A stretch of 64,000 nt of DNA from positions 11,036,001 to 11,100,000 of the forward strand of contig NC_043025.1 of NCBI RefSeq assembly GCF_006345805.1. Direction: 5' to 3'. The notes below the pieces were generated by a model, which was not told the DNA's origin, searched no databases, and was given only the letters and a program-made list of their open reading frames with translations. The position numbers and the translations under genes were made by a program. This stretch comes from Octopus sinensis. Lineage: Eukaryota. Shown one piece after another: positions 1 through 12,339 of the stretch; within the stretch, counting starts at the first letter, position 1; each line of letters starts with the position of its first letter.

Positions 1-586
1 CCCAGACCAGGCGTTGTGAGTCTTTATTGAGTGAAAACACCTAAAAGCTCCACGAGGCTCCAGCAGGGGGTGGTGGCGATCCCTGCTGTACTCTTTCGCC
101 ACAACTTCCTCTCACTCTTTCTTCTGTTGGCCTGCTCGCTTAGCTAGCGGGGTGGCGTCATTTGAAGGCTAAAACAATGCGAAGCGCATTGTGACCAGAG
201 ATGTGTAGCAACATCTGATAGCCTAGTCAGTCATGGTGATCACGGTGATATATATATATATATATACATATATACACACACATACATATATTTACATACA
301 CATGTATAGATATAGGTGCATATAATGTATGTGTATATATGTACATACGGCGAGCAGAAACATTAGCACGCCGGCGAAATGCGTTGCCGTATTTCGTCTG
401 CCGTTACGTTCTGAGTTCAAATTCCGCCGAGGTTGACTTTGCCTTTCATCCTTCCGGGGTCGATAAATTAAGTACCAGTTACGCACTGGGGTCGATGTAA
501 TCGACTTAATCCCTTTGTCTGTCCTTGTTTGTCTCCTCTGTGTTTAGCCCCTTGTGGGTAGTAAAGAAATATATATGTATGTGTAT

Positions 587-631
<45 letters not shown>

Positions 632-974
632 CATATATAAATTTGTGTTTTTCAGGTGGAAGGATGCTGAAGCACCAAAGCTGACATTGTGAGATGAAGA
701 TGCAGAGAGCAGTTGGACAGGCATTACAGCAGCAAGTAGCAATAATAGTAATGATGAACGTCTGCTAGGAATTGACTGGAATCAGTCAGAACAGATCAAT
801 TTTTATTTTTTACTTAATTTAATTTTTTCTCGCATTTTTTTTTTTTTGCATATTTGATATATTTTTATACTGTTTTTAAAAAGAAACAAAAAAATTTTTT
901 CCAATCTTAAAAAAAAAAAAATAACAACAAAAACAAAAACAAGCTTAAAGAACTGTTGGAAAATAACTTGCAAT

Positions 975-3900
975 ATGCTTAAAAGAAAGAATAATTCCTC
1001 GGTCAACTGCAAATCGGTTATTTTGAGCAAGCAAAAACTTTGTCCATTCTGCGAGAAAGTTCACGATCAAGATCTGACCAATGAATTGGAAACCGGAGCC
1101 AAAGGGAAACCTTTTCGCTGCCAGTTCTGCAACCAGATATTCTCCATCTCTTGCCTCTTTGTCAAACACATGGAATCGCATCTTGGGAAAAGCCTGTATC
1201 GGTGCGAATTCTGTGGCATCCTTTTCGAGGATTTCTTTGATTTGATCACTCACCGGAAGGACCATCTGACGCTTGCCTGCAAGTTCTGCGACAAGAGGTT
1301 CGGCGATGAGGAATCGCGGAAGAAGCACGTCAGCAGGTTCCACGTGGCCCCGAAGAAAAGGAATTCTTCGTCTTCGGACCCTCTGAGAGTGAGTAAGAAG
1401 AAATTTTCCCTGAGGATCGATGAGATTCTCCAGAAGAATACGGCTGTGTTGAAGCCATTCCATTCCTGTGACATCTGCTATGAGAATTTTCCGCAGTTGT
1501 CGCAGCTCCTCATTCACAAGAAGACGCATACAAAAGAAAAGCCGCACAAGTGCAACACCTGCGGAAAGAGCTTCAAACACGACAATGTGCTGAAGGTGCA
1601 CCAACAGTTGCATCAGCAGCAGCAACAACAGCAGCAGCAGCAACAACAACAACAACAACAGCAGCAGCAGCATGTTTCCGTGAGCGACAATAAACCCGTC
1701 AGCGCCCTCTGCAACCAAAACCTCTCTCGTAACTGCAAGACGGCGCCGCAGCAGACGCAGATGCAAGCAAAAGAAAAACCCGAAGTCGCCGCTCTCAAAG
1801 AGAACTCCGACTCCAAACCAATCCCAGTGCTTTTGGCAACGCAGTTAGGTCCGACAGGCGTTGTTCTTTCGGAGCATACGGAACCAGCCATACAAAAACT
1901 GGGCCCTGTTATAGAGAATCTAACCCCAGCTCATCTGGGGGCCAAAACTGTGTATTTACTTAGCAAACCGCAGACCCGGTTGGACTCGGCAATAAATATC
2001 TGTCCGCCATCTCCTCTGCTGAACATACAGCGAAATTCGGTCATTCAACAGGTACGGCATGACAGACCAGTCCTTGTTGCCGGTCAGAATGTTCCGGTGA
2101 AGATTTTGAAATCTCCAGAGATGGTTGATTCAGGAGTGTTTCTAAGCAACGGTGTTTCGCTTGAGAAGAAGCAACCACAACTCGGAGCGGTCGTTGTGTC
2201 CGATCCTAACAACAGCATATCCACACAAAGGGTCAACGGCAAAAGTAACAACGGGGTCGTCAGTCCGGTGGTTATGGAGAATTACCTGATTTTGAAATTG
2301 CCATCGACAGAGACGAACCCCTTAAAGATACCGAGTTATGGTGCCATCGTGCAATCTCCTGCAGGCAGCGTTGCTTCACCTGTTGTGACGACGCCAACAC
2401 TGACAGCAGAAGCGATGGAGATCAGAATCGCAGACTCTACAAGTCTTCATCCCAATAACAGCATTAATTATTCCAAGGTGAAAACGAAGGCCTGCAAAAC
2501 CAAACCTGATCGAGAATCAGATTGTAATAAAGGTTCCAATCCGGGCCCAAATCTAAAAAGGGATCGAGAACAGCAGCCCCTATCCCTCGTAAAATCAGAA
2601 CCAGCTGAAAATACTCAGGACAAAGGCTTTGAGAACTTTGCCAAAGACACTGGCAAAATAGATTCTAAGCCTGACTCTGTTGAGATGTCATCTCATGTTG
2701 TGATGCATTGTGCAACACCTGCTCGGAATGGTGAGGAGAACAAACTTGAAGCCACAGTGAAAGCTGATGTTGAAGTGGAACAAAGGATTAAGCAGGAAAG
2801 AGAGTCTTCGGAATATAAAGTGGTTGTGGAATTTGATGTTGTCCCTGAGAGACGTGAAGTTGTGACGCAGTCCCTGAAACGAGAACCGGCGTTTGAGCTA
2901 GTGGAACAGGCACCGGTTGAAGAACAAGTGAAAACGAGGGATAACTTTGTGTTGGTGGTGAAAGAGGAAGCTGGGGATGCAGTGAGTTCTCCGAGAATTC
3001 CTGAAGACGGAGTAAACGATGCTGCGGAGAGAGGTCAAACAGAGATGATGGTCTCGGACAAACCTGGGGGAAATGGAAAACCGGGAAACGGAAACGATGG
3101 TGAAAATGAACGGAAAGCAGGAGAAGAAAATAAAGAGGGGAGAGAACGTCTGTGTGTCCATTGTGGGAAGAATCACAGCAAAGCTTTGATTGAGTTCCTT
3201 GCACAAAGTCCCAAAGACAAACCTTTCAAGTGCCGAATCTGTGGAGATACCTTCTCCATTGGGTGTCTTTTCATGAGACATATAAACAGTCATGAGGAAG
3301 TAGAGGGCAGCATCCTGTACCAATGTGAAATCTGTGGCAGCATCTTTGAGCAGTTTCTCTCTCTGTTCTCGCATCGGCAAGCAATGCACCGTTCGTCGAA
3401 CTACAACTGTAGTCAGTGCCAGCAGGCGTTCGTCTGCGAGTCCGACTTGAAGCGTCACACGCGGCTGGTGCACTACGTCGAGAAGGCCTTCGTCTGCGAC
3501 TACTGCGGCAGGTCCTTCTCGCAGAAATGCAACCTTGTGTTCCACCGGCGCACGCACACGGGCGAACAGCCCTACAGCTGCGAATACTGCGGCAAGCGGT
3601 TCGCTCGACCGGGCAACCTCAACATCCACCTGCGCACGCACACGGCGCCAAAGCTGAAAATGCACAGGTGCGGCACGTGCGACAAGCCATTCAAGACGCG
3701 GCAGCAACTCAAGTTTCATGCCCAACTGATGCACCACAACTACCACGATGACTATCATGACAACCGTATCCATGACAACCGCGGTGGTAGAGGGGGTGGC
3801 AGTGGGAGCAGCAGTGACATGCCGTTCAAGTGCGACATTTGCGGTGATGGTTACTCGAACTGCAAGGACTTGAAGGAACATGTACAACTGCACCAAGCAG

Positions 3901-4043
3901 GGGACAAACAGACGTACACATGCAACTGTTGCGGAAAACAGTTCTTGCACTCCTACATGTTACTCCGGCACAAACTCTCGCACAGGGGCCGACTCTGTCA
4001 GTCGGCTAAAGTCCAGTCCTCTCGGACGGCCCCGCAACCATAA
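975..4043 (+). CDS. Multi-cluster C2H2 zinc-finger protein, 1022 aa, single coding exon, 13 complete fingers in two clusters, polyQ tract
   Basis: Uninterrupted ORF; CxxC...HxxxH motifs (5 N-terminal, 8 C-terminal), linkers TKEKP and TGEQP; long low-complexity central spacer; Q19 encoded at 1614-1670. Confidence 0.95.
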   Translation: MLKRKNNSSVNCKSVILSKQKLCPFCEKVHDQDLTNELETGAKGKPFRCQFCNQIFSISCLFVKHMESHLGKSLYRCEFCGILFEDFFDLITHRKDHLTLACKFCDKRFGDEESRKKHVSRFHVAPKKRNSSSSDPLRVSKKKFSLRIDEILQKNTAVLKPFHSCDICYENFPQLSQLLIHKKTHTKEKPHKCNTCGKSFKHDNVLKVHQQLHQQQQQQQQQQQQQQQQQQQHVSVSDNKPVSALCNQNLSRNCKTAPQQTQMQAKEKPEVAALKENSDSKPIPVLLATQLGPTGVVLSEHTEPAIQKLGPVIENLTPAHLGAKTVYLLSKPQTRLDSAINICPPSPLLNIQRNSVIQQVRHDRPVLVAGQNVPVKILKSPEMVDSGVFLSNGVSLEKKQPQLGAVVVSDPNNSISTQRVNGKSNNGVVSPVVMENYLILKLPSTETNPLKIPSYGAIVQSPAGSVASPVVTTPTLTAEAMEIRIADSTSLHPNNSINYSKVKTKACKTKPDRESDCNKGSNPGPNLKRDREQQPLSLVKSEPAENTQDKGFENFAKDTGKIDSKPDSVEMSSHVVMHCATPARNGEENKLEATVKADVEVEQRIKQERESSEYKVVVEFDVVPERREVVTQSLKREPAFELVEQAPVEEQVKTRDNFVLVVKEEAGDAVSSPRIPEDGVNDAAERGQTEMMVSDKPGGNGKPGNGNDGENERKAGEENKEGRERLCVHCGKNHSKALIEFLAQSPKDKPFKCRICGDTFSIGCLFMRHINSHEEVEGSILYQCEICGSIFEQFLSLFSHRQAMHRSSNYNCSQCQQAFVCESDLKRHTRLVHYVEKAFVCDYCGRSFSQKCNLVFHRRTHTGEQPYSCEYCGKRFARPGNLNIHLRTHTAPKLKMHRCGTCDKPFKTRQQLKFHAQLMHHNYHDDYHDNRIHDNRGGRGGGSGSSSDMPFKCDICGDGYSNCKDLKEHVQLHQAGDKQTYTCNCCGKQFLHSYMLLRHKLSHRGRLCQSAKVQSSRTAPQP

Positions 4044-4299
4044 ATGTCGAGAGAGGACCCACCCCGCTGCTCCAGTCTCCATTCCCACCTTATTTTTAAA
4101 AAATGTGGAGGGGAGGCACGGCTCCTCTTTCCATTAATGCTGATGCCTCACCCCCCTCCCCTCCAACCCCACCAATCACTAAATGTGTGAAAGAAATAGA
4201 AAAAGAAAGGGATCGGCCCCCCGTGTGACCGTTCACTGTCCTCAAAATAGCAACGAAATTTTCCTCGATTCAAACACTTGCCATCAAGAAAATGAAAGC

Positions 4300-5830
4300 T
4301 CACATTAGATAATGTAGTCCTAGATACACTTATATTTGTTTCAGCCATGTGGCTGTGGTCATGCTGGAGCACTACTGTGCTATGTCTGAATAAAAGAACC
4401 ACCAGGTGGTCTGGTCATAGCTGAAACATCCACCTTTCATTGTAGGTCGACCAGATCAGGACTGACCTGTGGTTAAATAAGAAGGATAATCTAGTCCTAG
4501 ATATACTTTTGTTTCAGCCATGTGGCTGTGGTCATGCTGGAGCACTAAAAAGAACAACCATATTATGATCACAGCTGAAACAACCATAGGTGCAGGAGTG
4601 GCTGTGTGGTAAGTAGCTTGCTTACCAACCACATGGTTCCGGGTTCAGTCCTACTGCATGGCACCTTGGGCAAGTGTCTTCTACTATAGCCCCGGGCCGA
4701 CCAATGCCTTGTGAGTGGATTTGGTAGATGGAAAACTGAAAGAAGCCCGTCGTATATATATATATATATATCTGTTTGTCCCCCTAGCATTGCTTGACAA
4801 CCGACGCTGGTGTGTTTATGTCCCCATCACTTAGCGGTTCGGCAAAAGAGACCGATAGAATAAGTACTGGGCTTACAAAAGAATAAGTCCCGGGGTCGAT
4901 CTGCTCGACTAAAGGTGGTGCTCCAGCATGGCCACAGTCAAATGACTGAAACAAGTAAAAGGGTAACCACCTTTCATTGTAGGTCTGCTGGATGAGGTCT
5001 GACCTGTGGTTATATAACAAGGAAGGGCACATTGGATAATGTAGTCCTTGATATACTTTCCATCGTGGTTTTGGTGGATCAACACCGACCTGCTGCTAAA
5101 CAACAACATCAACGTCAGCAACAACAAAGTAGGACACATCAGATGATGTAATTCTAGATACACTATGCCTGAATAAAAGGCAGGATGGTCACAGTTGAAA
5201 CAACATTGATCATAGGTGTGGTGGATCAGGGCTGACCTGGGGCTAAACAACAGCCTCCAAGACCGTCCAGAACTAAAATAGTGGAATGATATGTGGTTGA
5301 TTTTGATGTTGTTTAGCCCCGGGTCAGTCCTGATCCAGTAAACCTATGATCGGAGGTGTTCCAGCTGTGACCATCCTGTCTTTTAATCAGACATAGTGTA
5401 TCTAGGACTACATTATCTAATGTGTCCTTCCTTGTTTAACTCTATGTCAGCTTTGATCCAGTAGGCCTATGATCAAAGATATTCCAGCCATGACCATCCT
5501 GTCTTCTATTGAGATATAGTTTACCTAGGACTACATTATCTAATGTGTTGTTCCTTGTTTAACTCTGTCAGCTTTGATCCAGTAGGCCTATGATCAAAGA
5601 TATTCCAGCCATGACCATCCTGTCTTCTATTGAGATATAGTTTACCTAGGACTACATTATCTAATATGTCCTTCCTTGTTATTATTTTTTTAGCCCTAGG
5701 TCAGTTCTGATCCAGCAGACCTATGATCAAAGATGTTCCAGCTGTGACCATCCTGTCTTTTATTCAGGCATAGTGTATCTAGGACTACATTATCTAATGT
5801 GCTCTTCCTTGTTTAAAATAGTATGATGTG
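4300..5830. repeat. Copies of the same ~125-bp repeat in both orientations downstream of the ZNF stop
   Basis: Plus copies 4300-5255, minus copies 5300-5830. Confidence 0.8.
4589..4975 (+). mobile_element. tRNA-derived SINE family B (many copies, e.g. 17010-17420, 24570-24980, 34145-34995, 40290-41035, 46059-46770, 48880-49570, 50615-50830)
   Basis: Head gcaggagtggctgtgtggtaag...gggttcagtccc, internal (TA/TG)n, tail gactgaaacaagtaaaagag. Confidence 0.8.
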
Positions 5831-7019
5831 ATTTGAAGAAGGCTTGTGTTGCTATTTCTAACAGTTTGAGCGACCACATTGTGGTCCCCTTTTATAAAGA
5901 AACTTTCTGACAGACCTTCCTTCCTTCACACCCTCCATCCCACTAAAACCCAGTGATCCGGAGACTGGACCTTGTTAGAAACCCTTAATGACAACACTAT
6001 TGGTCACCAATAACGATTTAAAATAAGACAAATACTCCCAAGAACCTTTTCCCCACACATCCTGCCAACCATCCCCACATCCCTACGACAGACCCCTCAT
6101 CGCTAAAATCCAACGCACAACCCCAGTTATGTATAAACTCCTACATTTTGTTCACTGATCCTATATGAAACTTTGACCCCTTATGCCCTATTTCCAGACC
6201 ACTAATCTCATAGTTAATCCATTAATCCCTATCTGTAAATAACCCCAAATTCCCTGTTCCCTGAGCCACATTGAACTTATTCTATATGTAAACCCTATTT
6301 CTTGTCTGAAATCTCACATTAAATCTTTATCCCTGAATAAATCCACATCCCAGTCCTTAATCCCATATTAAATGGGATTTATATATGGATAGGGATTTAA
6401 TATCCCTATCTATACATAAATGCCTATCTCCAGAACCCTAATCCATATAAACCTTGATTTTCAGACCCTTAATCTATCTCAAGATTTCTAATCCATACAT
6501 AAAACTGTCTCCAAGGCCCTAATCCACACATAAGCCTCTATAATCCTCAGTTTCCTGATCCATTATTAAATCTTGTTTCCATAACCTTGATCCATACACA
6601 AACCCCTATAATTCCCTGTCCCCTGATCCATGTATAATCTCCTGTCTCTTGACTGGATGTAAACACTGGTCCCTAGAACCTTAATTCATTCATAAACCCT
6701 TGTCTCCAGGCCCCTAGTCATGCATAAACCTATATTATCCCCAATCCTCGATCCATACATAAACCTTGATCTCCAGACCTATCTCTTCTCCCTATAGACC
6801 CCAGTTCCCTAATCTGGAAGTGAACCTGTCTTTCCAGGGGTCTAATCCTGCCCAAATCTTTAAGTATTTAATCCCAGTCTAGTAATGCCACATATAAACA
6901 ACGGATCCTGAAATCCTTTTTTTTTTCTGTTGTTCCCCGGTCCCTTCTTTTTTTTTTTTTTTTTTTTTGCAAACGAAAGAAAGTTCTGATTTTTCCGAGG
7001 GACACAATTTTTATTGTCC

Positions 7020-8000
7020 CGGAAACAACAACAATCACAAGAACAATTACATAAACACTACCACCACCACCACCACCACCACCATCACCATTCTCATCAA
7101 CAGTATTAACAACACCACCACCACCACCATCACCATCACCGCAACCATCTTTACAACTACTACTGTCACCACCGCCACCACTACCACCACCACCAACCAT
7201 AACATTAACAACTACAACATTAGCAACAACAACACCACCACGACCACAAACCCCTTTACCATCACAACCATCACTACCGCCACCACAACCACCTCAACCA
7301 TCACATCACCACTGCCACAACCACCACCACCACCATAACCACCAACAACATGAACAGTAACTACAACAACAACAACAACAAATAAAAAAGACAAAAAAAC
7401 CCCCCCAAAAAGAACAAAACGAAATTTCTGAAATGAATGTAAATGTTTATGGATCTGGACAACCCACACTGACACCAAAATGTTCAACTTGGACTTTGAA
7501 GCAAGAAAAGATATGTTAGGAATATACAGAGACAACAAAGATGAAGAAAGAAGTAGATTTTTTTCTATCTGTCTGTCTGTTTGTCAACCAGCTTGTTTAT
7601 CTATCTATCTATCTGTTTGTCTATCTATCTCTATTTGTCTATCTATCTATCTCTACCTATCTATCTATCTATATCTGTCTATCTATCTATCTCTACCTAT
7701 CTATCTATCTATATCTGTCTATCTATCTATCTATCTGTCTATCTATCTATCTATCTCTGTCTATCTATCTATCTACCCATCTATCTATCCATCTATCTCT
7801 ATGTCTATCTATCTATCTATCTCTACCTATCTATCTGTCTATCTATCTATCTCTCTGTCTATCTATCATCTATCTACCTGTCTATCTATCTACCTATCTA
7901 TCTCTATCTCTCTCTCTCTATCAATCTATCTGTCGGTTTCCCTCGCTCTCTCTCTCTCTATCTATCTGTCTGTCGGTTTCTCTCTCGCTCTCTCTGTCTT
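7020..8000. repeat. (ACC/AAC)n low-complexity tract (7020-7385) and (ATCT)n microsatellite (7565-8000)
   Basis: Direct reading. Confidence 0.95.
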
Positions 8001-8789
8001 TTTGCAATGTGTTAGTTTAATTTTGTAAATAAATTCAAACATAAAAAATAAATGAATGATGCTTGTTTGTTCTTTTTTTCTGTCATTAGGGTCACACACA
8101 CGAGACACACATAAAATTTTTGTATGTCCTAGTAAGCAAGAAATCAGACAAGACCCTTCACCCTTCAGGTAAAACGACCCTTTACGATGGCCCATCCCCG
8201 GTCAAACCGAAAAGATCCAAATGTCGTCAAGTCTAAGAAATAAAGGGACGTAATTCTTGTTACAGTTATTTCCCTTGATTGATTTTATTTAAATAAAAGC
8301 AATGAACTTTGTCAGGGACCAGGTTAGGGTCTCAAAGCGAAGACAATATTTTGGTAAATTAATGGGGTTTTTGGTGTGCTTTAAATGGCTTATAAACACC
8401 TTCCACGCTGAAATTGTTTTCGTTCCAGCACGCGATCTCAGATCAGGTCACTTACTATGCAAGTACATCTCCGTAATAAATAAAATTGAAAATCTATAAA
8501 ATAGGGGTTTGCTTAATTTTTTTTTCAAAGTAGTGCAGCGAAGGCGCATGGCTTAATGGTTAGGGTATTCAGGTCAGAGTCGTGAGTTCGATTCCTGGCC
8601 TCACGTTGCTCCTGTCCGCTCAGCTGGCAAAAGTAATACCTGTTATTCAAAAGGCCAGCCTTCTCACATTCCATGTCATGCTGAAAATCCTTGAGAACTA
8701 TGTCGAGGGTACGTGTGTCTGGAGTACTCGGCCACTGTCACGTTAATTTCACAGCTGGAAGCCCTTCTTAATGCCAACCACTCTGAGAG

Positions 8790-9140
8790 TGTAGTTGGAT
8801 GGAACCTACACCCGCGTTATAAGAGCTGAAAATCTCTCGTGGAAGCGCCATCCAACCAAAATGCAAATATATGGGAAACTACCACCTGTGTCATCTATTG
8901 TGAAAGGTAGGAGAGTCCAGTTTGCTGGACATTGTTGTAGAGCTGAAAAAGAAGTAATTTCTACTCTTCTCCTCTGGAAGCCATCTACTCGCAATACCAG
9001 AGGGCGCACACTCTCCTACCCTGATGTAATCTCCAGGGATACAGGCATCCAGCAACAGGACCTCCATAATGCCATGATGGACCGTGAAGTCTGGCGTAGC
9101 ATGGTAAATTCCATTGTCTCGACCATGTTCAAACAATGAA
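8790..9140 (+). mobile_element. RTE-clade LINE 3' fragment
   Basis: Translates to DGTYTR...RRVQFAGHCCR...GRTLSYPDVISRDTG...AMMDREVWR, an RT C-terminal region of RTE type; short tga-type tail. Confidence 0.85.
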
Positions 9141-9175
9141 TTATGATATATATACATACATATATATACACATAT

Positions 9176-9206
<31 letters not shown>

Positions 9207-10456
9207 CATATATGTGTGAGTATATATGTGTGTGTGTGTATATATTGTTTGTATGTGAAGTGCGTACGTAAATATATATTACTGTACCTGTAACTTGAAA
9301 GGGCCAGTCAATTAGATCGACCCTAGTATGCAACTGGTACTTAATTTATCGGCCCCAAAAGGATGAAAGGCAAAGTTGATCTCGGTGGAATTTGAACTCA
9401 GAACGTAGCGGCAGACAAAATACCTATTTCTTTACTACCCACAAGGGGCTAAACACAGAGCGGACAAACAAGGACAGACAAACGGATTAAGTCGACTACA
9501 TCGACCCCAGTGTGTAACTGGTACTTAATTTATCAACCCCAAAAGGATGAAAGGCAAAGTCGACCTCGGAAGAATTTGAACACAGAACGTAAAGACAGAC
9601 GAAATACCGCTAAGCATTTCGTCTGGAGTGCTACCGATTCTGCCAGCTCGCTGCCTAATTTTCAAGAAATATTGCTAGCTGTTGAATATATGGATGGTGC
9701 ATTCCCCCAAATAATATTCTTTTAAGTTATTCTTTCTATTCATCATCGTCATCATTTAATGTCTGTTGTCCATGCTGGCATGGGTTGGACAGATTGATAA
9801 GGGCTGGTAAGCTGAGAGGCTGCAGCAGACTCCAGTCTGATGTGGTATGGTTCCTATGCCTGGATGCAATTCCTAACACCAACTGCTACACAAATCTGAG
9901 CCCTTTTAATTGCCCCTTTAATACCATGATTCAGACTACCTGTTTTAATCCTATAGTGTTTATGCTGAATCTCCCTTAGAATTACATTGATGTTATGTGT
10001 GTCTGTGGAGTGCTCAGCCACTTTCATGTTAAATTTCACGAGCAACAGGCTGTCCCGTTGATAGGATCAACTGAAACCCTTAAAAGTATAACCAACGGGG
10101 AACCAAACCAAAGAAAAACAAAACCCCAAAAGCAGAGCTAAAAACACAGGTCGATTGGTTCAACTAAAAACCTTCCAATTGCCCCAGCATGGCCACAGTC
10201 AAATGATTGAAACAAGTAAAAGAGTAATATACACATACACAAACATAAACACATGTGATTGTGTGGTAAGAAGCTTGCTTACCAGCCACATGGTTCTGGG
10301 TTCAGTCCCACTGCGTGGCACCTTGGGCAAGTGTCTTCTACTATACCCTCAGGCTGACCAAAGCCTTCTGAGAGGATTTGGTAGATGGAAACTGAAAGAA
10401 GCCCATTATATAGATATATCTACATGTATATCTATGCATGTGCATTTCTTATTTCT

Positions 10457-10900
10457 TTATATGCCTGTATCCCTGGAGATTACATCAGGGTAGGAGAGTG
10501 TGCGCCCTCTGGTATCGCGAGCAGATGGCTTCCAGAGGAGAAGAGCAGAAATTATCTCTTTTTCAGCTCTACAACAATGTCCAGCAAACTGGACTCTCCT
10601 ACCTTTCACAAGAGATGACACAGGTGGTAGTTTCCCATATATTTGCATTTTGGTTGGATGACACTTCCACGAGAGATTTTGAGCTCTCATAAGGAGGCGA
10701 GTGTAGGTTCCACCCAACCACCTCTCAAGCTTCTTTGATAACGTCCAGGTTTCTGAGCCATATAGTAGAATTGGTTCGACTGTGGTTTTGAAGATTTCAA
10801 GTTTGAAGTCTCTACTTAGATTTGATGACCAGATCTTATGCATATCATTACAGGCTGACCAGGCCATACCCTTTCTAGGTATGCGGTGGTGCCCCAGCAT
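10457..10900 (-). mobile_element. RTE-clade LINE fragment, same family as 8790-9140, inverted
   Basis: KIWSSNLSRDFKLEIFKTTVEPILLYGSETWTL...FAGHCCR; near-identical overlap with the plus-strand copy. Confidence 0.85.
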
Positions 10901-11499
10901 GGCCGCGGCCTTCGGGCTAAAATATTTTTAAGGATTTTAAGGATTTAAGGGGCTAGACACAGAGGGGACAACAAGGACAGACAAACGGATTTATTGCCCA
11001 CAGGGACCCAAAATAATGTCAGCAATCACAGACAAACAATTGAGAGAATGAGGAAAATACGCAGTTTTATTTTATATTTTTTTACCATTAGCTGTTTTTT
11101 TTTTTTTATTATATTTCTGTTCAGGAAAAAGGATTTTTATTTTTTTGCATAGATTTTTGGCAACAATAAAATCTATGATGGTGGGGATGGTGGTTGTGTG
11201 GGGGGTTTTTCTTTTTGTTTTTCCTTTTTTGATTAGTGAAAGGTCTGTCCTTGGAACACAGCAAATCCTTAAATTACATTGTGCAACAGAATTTTTAATT
11301 CTTAAAAAAAATTTTTTTTTTGTCTTTGGTCAGTAAATGTTATTTCCTGTTTGCTTCTTTCTAGAAATCAAAGGAGATGACTACTATTCCCTTAAAACCT
11401 TGCTTTTGTCACTTGGACATCAATGTTCTCAAACTGACCTATTTTCCATTACATTTCTGACAGATTCAGCTCTGAGTTGCTAAAGCAGAAATATCATTA

Positions 11500-11815
11500 T
11501 AGCAAATATTCTGCTCAATACCACACACCTGATTTTCCCCCCTCCATACACACGCTGAAGCATGGAACAAACTGCTGGCATCAGTTGTTAGTTGTCGGAG
11601 CACTGCATCCTTCAAAACTTCTATGCTTCCTGAGATTCGCCAACACTTACACCAGATTTTCTCTCCTCCATATACACACGCAAGCATGTATCTGACTCAT
11701 ACACTGTTCACCTCCCAGACATTTGTACATCACTGCATATACTTTATACGCACTTTTTGACAAGTTGTGGTGCACCTGAGCACTGTATACAATAATTTCA
11801 TTATTATTATTATTA
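11500..11815 (+). mobile_element. CR1-type LINE 3' end
   Basis: EAWNKLLASVVSCRSTASFKTSM followed by 3' UTR and (TTA)n tail. Confidence 0.75.
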
Positions 11816-12339
11816 TTTATTTTATCTGCTAGCCATTTGCTTGACCATAAACAGTTGAGCATGTCCCTTAGTGGTTGACAACATGTGCATTTCAACAGGA
11901 GCAATGGGGGAGCATCATAGCAATGTTTTAAGAGGGATTCTTTGGTGGTTTGACTAAATATCGTAACAAAAGAAGTTTGAAGGGAATATTAGTAATTTTC
12001 CATAGTTTCTAGGGGTCAACAAACAGGAAATAACATTTGCTCCCTAAGGACAAAAATCCTGTTACACAGAGTTACTGATGAGAAAAAAAAGGGGTCGGTG
12101 GCAGTGGGTGGGGAGGGGGGCACTGCAGAGTCTGTTTAAATAGTTCTGGAAAGTGATGGGAATTAGGGGTCGTAGATATACAAACACACACACACATACG
12201 TACATGGTGCATATGATATTGCAATGAAGGATGTGGGCATGTCAGATCAAATCTCAGCTGATGGATGCACTGCCCCCACTGCACCTTTTTATGGGGTCAG
12301 GGGTTGATATGAGCTACAAGTGTTTAAACTGTTTCAACA

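Noticed and set aside
945-3950. Antisense ORFs of 273 and 350 aa
   Set aside because: Shadows of the GC-rich ZNF coding strand
6868-8028. Thr-rich, Gly-rich and YLSI-repeat ORFs
   Set aside because: Translations of trinucleotide and tetranucleotide microsatellites; the same applies to YIYI/HTHT ORFs elsewhere
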